Shown one piece after another: positions 56,856 through 64,000 of a DNA stretch of 64,000 nucleotides. Below the pieces are notes generated by a model. The model made no database searches. It was not told the DNA's origin and worked only from the letters and a program-made list of their open reading frames with translations. A program made the translations under genes and the position numbers. Every line of letters begins with the position of its first letter. Within the stretch, counting starts at the first letter, position 1. Source of the DNA: Chloroflexota bacterium (lineage in GTDB: Bacteria > Chloroflexota > UBA11872); contig JAJDUU010000021.1 in assembly GCA_022826485.1 (NCBI GenBank), forward strand, positions 65,558 through 129,557, written 5' to 3'.

Positions 56856-59360
56856 TCACTCTCGAGGCGCGGGCGCCCCCGCGGCCTCCGCCATCGGAAC
56901 TTCGACGACGGCAGGCTCGCCGTCCTCGACTCGGAGTTCGAACTCTTTTCCGGCAGCGCTGCCGTCGACCACATGCTCGGTCAGCGGCTCGTCAACGTAG
57001 CGGCTCACGAGTTGACGCAGGGGGCGCGCCCCCTGATTGCGGTCGGCAGCCGCACGGACAAAGAAATCGAGGGCCTCGGACGTGACGTGCAGCTCAATCC
57101 CCACCGCCCGCGCGCGGAGGATCGCCGCCGAGAGCAGCCGCCGCGCGATCTCGCGCAGCTCGGCCTCTCCGAGATCATGAAATATCAGCAGGCGATCGAT
57201 GCGGTTGAGAAACTCCGCCGGGAGATGCCGCCGCGCATGATCCCGCATGCGTGACTCGAACGACGCGCGCTCGCCGGCCCGCTGCGTCGGACCGGAACCG
57301 AAGCCGATCTTGGGCCCACGCGACTCCTCGACGCCAAGGTTGGACGTCATCACGACGATGGTGCTGCGAAAGTCGACGGTGCGCCCATTCGCATCCGTGA
57401 GCACGCCGTCCTCCATGATCTGCAGCATCATGTGCAACGTTCGCGGATGGGCCTTCTCGACGTCGTCGAACAGCACAACGGAAAAGGGGTTCCGGCGCAC
57501 GGACTCGGTGAGTTCGCCAGCCTGATCATGCCCCACATATCCGGGCGGTGACCCGACCAGGCGAGACACGGCGTGCCATTCGCCAAACTCGCTCATATCG
57601 ACGCGCACAAGCTTGTGCTCGTCGCCGCTCACGAACTCGGCCGCGGCCTTGGCCGTCTCGGTCTTGCCGACGCCCGTGGGACCGATCATGAGAAACGATC
57701 CGATTGGCCGGCGCTCGTCGCGCATGCCGGCCACCGCGCGACGCAGGGATCGGCCCAGCTCATTGAGCGCCTCGTCCTGACCCACGACTCGCTTCTGGAG
57801 CATCGATTCAATGGCCAGGAAGCGCTCGGCTTCAGCCTCGATGAGGGTCGGCGTGGGGACGCCGCTCCAGCGCGACACGACACCGGCCACCTCGTGGATG
57901 CCGATGACGGGAGTGTTGGCCCGCGCCTCGGATTCCCAGGCGCGGCGTTCGTCGCGCAGCTCTTCGCGCAGCTGAGCCTCCGCCGCCGCCAGTTCCAGGA
58001 CTTGCGCCGGCTGCCCTTCCACGCCAAGTTCAGCGCGCGTGGTCGCCAGGTCTTCGAGGCGCTGCTCGAGTTGCCGCAGACGCTCGGGGGCGGTGAGGCG
58101 GGCCACCTTGGCCTTGGCCGCGGCCTCATCGATCAGGTCGATGGCCTTGTCCGGCAGCTGACGTTCCGTCATGTAGCGCCGCGACATGCTCACGGAAGCC
58201 TCCAGGGCTTCGTCGCTGATCCGCACGCCGTGAAATTGCTCATAGACGGGACGCAGGCCCTCCACAATGGCGATCGCCGCCTCGTCATCGGGCTCGCCCA
58301 CGTCAATGGGCTGCATCCGCCGGGTCAAGCTCTTGTCGTTGGCGATATGGCGGCGGTATTCGCGCCAGGTGGTCGCGCCGATGAGCCGCAACTCGCCGCG
58401 TGCGAGATGGCCCTTGAGCATGTTGGCGGCATCGAGCGAGCCGGCGGCCCCGCCGGCGCCGACGACGGTATGCACTTCGTCGATGAACAGGATGACGTTT
58501 GGATCGCCGCGAGCCTCGGCAATGACGCCCTGCACTCGTTCCTCGAACTCGCCGCGATACTTCGTGCCGGCGATGGTCGCGGCCAGATCAAGCGCCACGA
58601 TGCGGCCCTTGCGCAAATCGGGTGGCACATCGCCTGCCTGAATGCGCTGCGCCAATCCTTCGACGATGGCGGTCTTGCCCACCCCCGCGTCGCCCACGAG
58701 CACGGGATTGTTCTTGGTGCGTCGAACGAGAATCTCGATCATCCGATCCATTTCAGCCCGTCGACCGACCACCGGATCGAGGTCACCGCTCGCGGCGGCG
58801 CGCGTCACGTCGGTGCCGTACTCGGCCAGCGGGCTCTTGGTGCGACGCCGGCCGCGACGACTCGCTCGCCGCCCACCGCCACCCACGCGACCGGGACGGT
58901 ACGACGCTTCGATGCGGCGGCGAATCGAGCGGAAGTCGACCCCGGCCTGGCGCAAACCTTCGCCGGCCGGTCGACCATGATGGGCCAGCACGCCCAGGAG
59001 CAGGTGCTCGGTGCCGATGAAGCGCACGCCGGTGCGCTCGGCTTCCAGCGCGGCGGCACGGAGCGCGTTCCGGCCGCCCGGACCGAGCGGGCGGCGACCG
59101 GCGTCGTTGTCGTCGCCGGGACCCAGTGCCTCGACCAACACCTCGCGCAGCTTCAGCACGTCGACCTGGGCCTCGCGCAAGATGCGCGCCGCCGCCGTTT
59201 GCGGCGAAGCGAGGATCGCCAGCAGCAGGTGATCAGCGCCGACCGCCGAGTGCCCCAGGTTGGTCGCCTCGACCTCCGCCTGGGCGAGAATCCGTCGGCC
59301 CTTGGTCGTCAGGCGCCGCAGATACTCGACCGGTTCGTATTCGTCTCGCGTCGATTCCAC
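56856..59360 (-). CDS. Clp/Hsp100 AAA+ chaperone (ClpC-like: N-domain repeats, two AAA+ modules, short M-domain)
   Basis: Clp-N repeats (…[15 protein letters not shown]… and …[11 protein letters not shown]…). Walker A motifs [15 protein letters not shown] and GPTGVGKTE, with a ~75-aa coiled-coil between the AAA modules. The start is inferred as GTG 59360, just after the stop of the upstream small ORF. Confidence 0.8.
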   Translation of the reverse strand: MESTRDEYEPVEYLRRLTTKGRRILAQAEVEATNLGHSAVGADHLLLAILASPQTAAARILREAQVDVLKLREVLVEALGPGDDNDAGRRPLGPGGRNALRAAALEAERTGVRFIGTEHLLLGVLAHHGRPAGEGLRQAGVDFRSIRRRIEASYRPGRVGGGGRRASRRGRRRTKSPLAEYGTDVTRAAASGDLDPVVGRRAEMDRMIEILVRRTKNNPVLVGDAGVGKTAIVEGLAQRIQAGDVPPDLRKGRIVALDLAATIAGTKYRGEFEERVQGVIAEARGDPNVILFIDEVHTVVGAGGAAGSLDAANMLKGHLARGELRLIGATTWREYRRHIANDKSLTRRMQPIDVGEPDDEAAIAIVEGLRPVYEQFHGVRISDEALEASVSMSRRYMTERQLPDKAIDLIDEAAAKAKVARLTAPERLRQLEQRLEDLATTRAELGVEGQPAQVLELAAAEAQLREELRDERRAWESEARANTPVIGIHEVAGVVSRWSGVPTPTLIEAEAERFLAIESMLQKRVVGQDEALNELGRSLRRAVAGMRDERRPIGSFLMIGPTGVGKTETAKAAAEFVSGDEHKLVRVDMSEFGEWHAVSRLVGSPPGYVGHDQAGELTESVRRNPFSVVLFDDVEKAHPRTLHMMLQIMEDGVLTDANGRTVDFRSTIVVMTSNLGVEESRGPKIGFGSGPTQRAGERASFESRMRDHARRHLPAEFLNRIDRLLIFHDLGEAELREIARRLLSAAILRARAVGIELHVTSEALDFFVRAAADRNQGARPLRQLVSRYVDEPLTEHVVDGSAAGKEFELRVEDGEPAVVEVPMAEAAGAPAPRE

Positions 59361-59364
59361 GCTG

Positions 59365-59577
59365 TTAGCTCGTGAATGGCTGGGAGATGGTGTCCAGCAG
59401 GCCGTCGAGCCCCTCTCCGATGCTATCGCCAAGGGTCGTGAGGACAAGAACGAGCACGACCACGAACGCGACCGCGACCAGCGCGTAGCCAACAACGCCC
59501 TGTCCGCCCTGGCCGACTACGGAGCCGCCATGGGCGCGTTCGGTCTGTTCGTTCGAGTCGTCGTGCATGCGAGCCAC
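59365..59577 (-). CDS. Possible small membrane protein upstream of the Clp ATPase
   Basis: MARMHDDSNEQTERAHGGSVVGQGGQGVVGYALVAVAFVVVLVLVLTTLGDSIGEG… with one clear TM helix. Weak support. Confidence 0.25.
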   Translation of the reverse strand: MARMHDDSNEQTERAHGGSVVGQGGQGVVGYALVAVAFVVVLVLVLTTLGDSIGEGLDGLLDTISQPFTS

Positions 59578-59910
59578 CGCCTGAGTCCCACGCGGATGCT
59601 AGGTAGCCCGTCGTCGGCGTGTCAACGAAGGCGTGCCGGGGACGGGCGCCCGGTGCTCCGTGCATGAACCGTCCGAGTCGCGCCACGGCGGCCGCGGGAG
59701 CTGCGCAGCGTCGCCGTTGGAAGCGTTTGCAGTAACAAAATGGGAACAATTCGCAGTCGCAGTCGCCCGCCGGTCGAACATCACCTGGCGTGCCGGTTCA
59801 CGACGCCATTGCCAAGCGCCGGCCGGTCCCGATTTTCGCGCTCAACCTGATAGAATTGGTTCCGGGAATTCCGCCGTTTCATCTCGCCCAGAGGAGTCCA
59901 CCACGCACGC

Positions 59911-60423
59911 ATGGGGCTGACGCACTTCGACGGTGCCGGGGCCCCGCGCATGGTGGATGTCGGCGCAAAACCGGAAACTGAGCGCGTCGCCGTGGCGGCG
60001 GCGCGAATCGAAATGCAGGCCGCCACGCTGGCCATGATTCGCGCGCAACTGGACGGCCGTGAGTCGTCGCTGTCAAAGGGTGACGTCGTGGGCGTGGCGC
60101 GGGTGGCCGGGATCATGGCGGCCAAGCGCACGCCGGACCTCATCCCGCTGTGCCATCCGCTGCCCCTGAGCGGCATTGACGTGGCCATTGACCCCGTGAA
60201 CGACCCGCCGGGCCTCACCGTCGAGGCCACGGTGCGCACCACCGCCCGCACCGGCGTGGAGATGGAGGCCTTGACCGCCGTCTCCGTCGCCGCCCTGGCG
60301 GTCTATGACATGTGCAAAGCCGTGGACCGCGGGATGACTGTGCGCGACGTGCGCCTATTGCAGAAGTCCGGCGGCGCCAGCGGCGACTTTCAGGCCGCCG
60401 ACCAGCCGGCCAGGGAGGACTAA
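59911..60423 (+). CDS. moaC: Cyclic pyranopterin monophosphate synthase
   Basis: …[28 protein letters not shown]…[19 protein letters not shown]…LIPLCHPL…. Confidence 0.85.
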   Translation: MGLTHFDGAGAPRMVDVGAKPETERVAVAAARIEMQAATLAMIRAQLDGRESSLSKGDVVGVARVAGIMAAKRTPDLIPLCHPLPLSGIDVAIDPVNDPPGLTVEATVRTTARTGVEMEALTAVSVAALAVYDMCKAVDRGMTVRDVRLLQKSGGASGDFQAADQPARED

Positions 60424-62865
60424 GTGACCGACGACCGTCTCATGCCCATCGAGCTTGCCGAGGAGATGGAAGCCTCGTACATCGACTACGCCATGAGCAC
60501 CATCATGGCGCGCGCCATTCCGGACGTGCGCGATGGGCTCAAGCCGGTCCAGCGCCGTCTCCTCTATTCGATGGACGAGCTGGGCGCGGCGCCCAACGCG
60601 GGATTCCGCAAGGCGGCGCGCGTGGTGGGCGACACCATGGGGAAATACCACCCCCACGGCGACGGCGCGCTGTACGACACGCTGGTGCGCATGGCCCAGC
60701 CGTTTTCGCTGCGCTACCCGCTGGTGGACGGCCAGGGCAATTTCGGCTCGGTCGACGGCGATCCGGCCGCCGCCATGCGCTACACCGAAACCCGGCTGAC
60801 GGCAATGTCGGCGGCGATGCTCGACGAGATCGATCGGGACACGGTGGATTTCGTCGAGAACTTCGACGGATCGGCCGAAATGCCCGAGGTCCTGCCGGCG
60901 GTCGTGCCCAATCTGCTGATCAACGGCTCGACGGGCATCGCCGTCGGGATGGCCACGAGCATTCCGCCGCACAACCTGCGCGAAGTGGGACGGGCGATCC
61001 AGCACCTGCTGGACGAACCCGACGCGAGCCGCGACGACCTGATGAAGTTTGTGAAGGGACCGGACTTTCCCACGGCGGCAAGCATCGTCGGGGCCGAGGA
61101 CATCCAGGACACCTACCGGCAGGGCCGCGGTCGCGTGGTGGTGCGCGCCCGGGTCACGATCGAGGAAGTCCGCGGCGAGCGCATGGCGCTGGTCGTCACC
61201 GAGCTGCCGTACATGGTCAACAAGGCCACGCAGATCGAGCGCATCGCGGACCTGGTGCGCAACCGCACCATCGAGGGCATTTCGGACATCCGCGACGAGT
61301 CCGATCGCCACGGCATGCGGGCGGTCATCGAGCTGAAGCGCGACGCCCGGCCCGCGGCGGTGCTCAACCAGCTGTACAAGCACACGTCGCTGCAATCCAC
61401 GTTCAGCATCAACATGCTGGCCCTGGTCGACGGGCGGCCGGAGCAGCTCACGCTCAAGCGCATGATCGAGCTGTTCATCGAGCATCGGCGGGAGGTGATC
61501 CGCCGGCGGACCGAATTCGATCTCAATAAGGCGCGCGTCCGCGAGCACCTGCTCGAGGGCTATGTCATTGCGCTGGACAACATCGACGAGGTGATCGAGT
61601 GCATTCGCGCCGCCGCCGACACGGAAGCCGCGCGAAACGAGCTGATGCGCCGATTCGGCCTCTCGGAGACGCAGGCCAACGCGATTCTCGATATGCAGCT
61701 ACGGCGGCTGGTGCGCCTGGAGCGGCAGCGCATCCTCGACGAGCTCGACGCCGTGCGGGCGGAGATTGCCGACCTGGAAGACATCCTGGCCGACCCGAAC
61801 CGGGTGCGGGAGATCATCCGCACCGAGACCCGCGACGTGGTGGATCGCTTCGGCGACGAGCGCCGCACCGAGATCCTGGCCGGCGCAAGCGGCGAATTCT
61901 CGGATGCGGATCTGGTGGCCGATGAAGATTGCCTGGTCACGCTGTCATCCAATGGTTATGTCAAGCGGGTGCAGGCAACCGCCTACCGCCGTCAGGGCCG
62001 CGGCGGTCGCGGGATCATCGGGTTCCGCAGCAAGGCGGGCGGGATCGTCGAGCACTTCCTGATCACCAACTCGCACGACTATCTGCTGTTCTTCACCAAC
62101 CGCGGCAAGGTCTATCGCCTGCGGACCTATGAGATTCCACAGCACGGGCGCGACGCGCAGGGCATCAACGTGATCAACCTGCTGCCCATCGAGCAGGGAG
62201 AAACGGCCACCGCGGTATTGGCCATCCCCAACTTCGAGGCGGGCGACTTCCTGGTGTTCGGAACGCGCCGCGGTCAGGTCAAGCGCAGCGCACTCACGCA
62301 GTTCGTCACCATCCGCAACAACGGCCTGTTGGCGATGAACGTGGCGCCGGACGACGAGCTGGCCTGGGTGCGCCTGGCGACCGACGAAGACAGCGTGATG
62401 TTCTTCACCCGCCAGGGTCTGTCCATTCGCTTCAGCCTGGATAACGTGCGCGCCAGCGGCCGCACCAGCGGAGGCGTGCGTGCCATCAGTTTGGCCGAGG
62501 AAGACGAGGTCGTGGCCATGGACCTCGTGCACCAGGAAGCCTATGTGCTGCTGGTCACTCGCAACGGCTATGGCAAGAAGACACCGGTGTCGGACTTTCG
62601 GCCCCAAGGCCGCAGCGGCCAAGGTCTGCGCGCCATAGGTCTCAACGAAAAGACCGGCCCCGTGGCAGACGTCCGCACGTTGCTCAGTCCGGACGAGGAG
62701 ATCGTGCTGGTTTCGTCCGACGGCCAGGTGATTCGTTGCAGCCTCAAGGAAGTCCGACCGCTCAGCCGTACCGCCGCCGGCGTGATCGTGATGCGCATGA
62801 AGGACAACGTCGAGTTGCTGCGCGTGGCGCGGCTGGCCGATGGCCGCGACGGGGACTCCGGCTAG
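60424..62865 (+). CDS. gyrA: DNA gyrase subunit A
   Basis: …[37 protein letters not shown]… and …AAMRYTE…. The C-terminal beta-pinwheel repeats run to 62865. The GTG start abuts the moaC stop. Confidence 0.9.
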   Translation: MTDDRLMPIELAEEMEASYIDYAMSTIMARAIPDVRDGLKPVQRRLLYSMDELGAAPNAGFRKAARVVGDTMGKYHPHGDGALYDTLVRMAQPFSLRYPLVDGQGNFGSVDGDPAAAMRYTETRLTAMSAAMLDEIDRDTVDFVENFDGSAEMPEVLPAVVPNLLINGSTGIAVGMATSIPPHNLREVGRAIQHLLDEPDASRDDLMKFVKGPDFPTAASIVGAEDIQDTYRQGRGRVVVRARVTIEEVRGERMALVVTELPYMVNKATQIERIADLVRNRTIEGISDIRDESDRHGMRAVIELKRDARPAAVLNQLYKHTSLQSTFSINMLALVDGRPEQLTLKRMIELFIEHRREVIRRRTEFDLNKARVREHLLEGYVIALDNIDEVIECIRAAADTEAARNELMRRFGLSETQANAILDMQLRRLVRLERQRILDELDAVRAEIADLEDILADPNRVREIIRTETRDVVDRFGDERRTEILAGASGEFSDADLVADEDCLVTLSSNGYVKRVQATAYRRQGRGGRGIIGFRSKAGGIVEHFLITNSHDYLLFFTNRGKVYRLRTYEIPQHGRDAQGINVINLLPIEQGETATAVLAIPNFEAGDFLVFGTRRGQVKRSALTQFVTIRNNGLLAMNVAPDDELAWVRLATDEDSVMFFTRQGLSIRFSLDNVRASGRTSGGVRAISLAEEDEVVAMDLVHQEAYVLLVTRNGYGKKTPVSDFRPQGRSGQGLRAIGLNEKTGPVADVRTLLSPDEEIVLVSSDGQVIRCSLKEVRPLSRTAAGVIVMRMKDNVELLRVARLADGRDGDSG

Positions 62866-62996
62866 CCGACCGGGCGCATTCCGACTGTTCCGCTGACAAA
62901 GTCCGAATTTTCATTGAGCCGAGAGGGAACGTTTCGTTTCCGCTGCGCGTAGTGTTTAAGTACCGGGTGAAAGCCCAGACACGACGGGAAGTCTCC

Positions 62997-64000
62997 ATGC
63001 ATCGGTTTCGAGCAGCATTCATCGTCCTGATCGTTCTGGCGCTCACGGCCTGCGGCGAGGCGGAGAGCTCAGCCGAATCCCTTGACTTCGGCGACCGACC
63101 GATGGCCGCGCCGGCAGTGGCTATGGCCACGGAATCAGAGGCCATGGCCGTGCGCGAGGTGCCGGTCGAGGTCGAGGTCATCCGCGAGGTGCCGGTTGAA
63201 GTCGCGGTCGAGAAGGTGGTCGAGAAGATGGTCACCGCGGCCCCGGCGCCGGCAATCGCGCCGGCGGCAGCCACGCCGCAATCGCTCGACGCCGGTGTGG
63301 TCGAGCGCCAGATCATCCGCACCGGCACGCTCAGCGTCGTCGTCGCCGAGCTTGCGGCCGCAGTGACCCAGGTTGACGACATCATGGCGGGCATCCCCGG
63401 AGCGTTCGTCGCGGCATCGAACATCCAGCAGGACGACCCGCGGCGCGTCAGCACGATCACCGTGCGCGTACCCGTCGAGGCGTTCGACGCCACGCTGGCC
63501 GCGCTGCGCAACATCGGCGCCGAGGTGATCGACGAGGACATCCGCAGCCAGGACGTCACGGCGCAGTACACCGACCTGACCGCCCGGCTGCGCAACGCCA
63601 CCGCCGCGGAGCAGCAGTTGCTCGACATTCTCACCCGCGCGCAGAGCGTGCAGGACACCATCGAGGTGCAGCGCGAGCTGACGGACGTGCGCGAGCGCAT
63701 CGAGGTGCTCCAGGGCCAGCTCAATCTGCTGACCAACCAGACCTCGCTGGCCACGATCGTGCTGCGCCTGCATCCGGCAGCGGACCTGATTGTGACGCGC
63801 GAGGTCCCTAGCCACTTCCGCATGCACGACCAGACCCACCTGGGCCTGACGGTGCGCAACGACGGCACGGTGGATCTGAAGCAGGTGGAGGTCATCGACC
63901 GGCTGGATGCGGGCATGATCTTCCTGGCCGCCGGCGACGGCGGCGTCTACGACGCAGCCGCGCACACGGTGTCGTGGACGATCGACCGGCTGGGTCCCGG
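62997..64000 (+). CDS. Lipoprotein with REVPVEVEV repeat linker and DUF4349-like coiled-coil body (partial; runs off window end)
   Basis: My own translation from ATG 62997: MHRFRAAFIVLIVLALTACGEAESS… (lipobox LTAC), …AVREVPVEVEVIREVPVEVAVEKVVEKMV…, then …RQIIRTGTLSVVVAEL… and …AQYTDLTARLRNATAAEQQLLDIL…. There is no stop before 64000. This ORF is absent from the supplied track. Confidence 0.5.
   Translation, partial: MHRFRAAFIVLIVLALTACGEAESSAESLDFGDRPMAAPAVAMATESEAMAVREVPVEVEVIREVPVEVAVEKVVEKMVTAAPAPAIAPAAATPQSLDAGVVERQIIRTGTLSVVVAELAAAVTQVDDIMAGIPGAFVAASNIQQDDPRRVSTITVRVPVEAFDATLAALRNIGAEVIDEDIRSQDVTAQYTDLTARLRNATAAEQQLLDILTRAQSVQDTIEVQRELTDVRERIEVLQGQLNLLTNQTSLATIVLRLHPAADLIVTREVPSHFRMHDQTHLGLTVRNDGTVDLKQVEVIDRLDAGMIFLAAGDGGVYDAAAHTVSWTIDRLGP

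Noticed and set aside
57573-59375. 600-aa + strand ORF
   Set aside because: Antisense to the Clp ATPase gene, which has two Walker A motifs and Clp-N repeats.

Overview
The window is a GC-rich bacterial chromosomal segment with heavy G/C bias at third codon positions (not computed). It produces many long antisense 'shadow' ORFs that I rejected. Genes are dense on both strands, with about 60 supportable CDS and four tRNAs: Leu-CAA, Trp-CCA, Asn-GTT and Val-CAC. Two substrate-binding proteins carry Tat-type signal peptides with a lipobox cysteine (…VLAAC|GE…), which suggests a monoderm, Chloroflexota- or Actinobacteria-like host. I have no marker to place it more exactly.

Housekeeping genes include accD-accA, pfk, pyrF, pheA, gyrA, moaC, moeA, clpC-like, rtcB-archease, comF, a kbl/bioF-family aminotransferase, two SDRs and an aldo/keto reductase. 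Accessory content:
- a copper-handling operon centred on a CopC-CopD-YtkA-cytochrome c fusion, punctuated by a dispersed palindromic REP-like element (four copies in the window);
- a glycan-utilisation neighbourhood: sulfatase, a tandem pair of ~600 aa paralogs of unknown function, a BNR/sialidase-like enzyme, a GH20 hexosaminidase, and two tandem orphan family-5 lipoprotein SBPs with unusual KEVPVETVVT repeat linkers;
- three toxin-like modules: a DUF3883-like nuclease-domain protein translationally coupled to a PIN protein at the 3' side of tRNA-Asn, Phd/Doc, and a standalone NYN protein;
- a tandem pair of thymidylate-kinase-like paralogs, the second with a Walker-A K->R substitution, divergent from a CYTH-CHAD protein.

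I found no rRNA, CRISPR array, transposase or integrase. All calls rest on reading the supplied translations and the DNA by eye, with no searches run.
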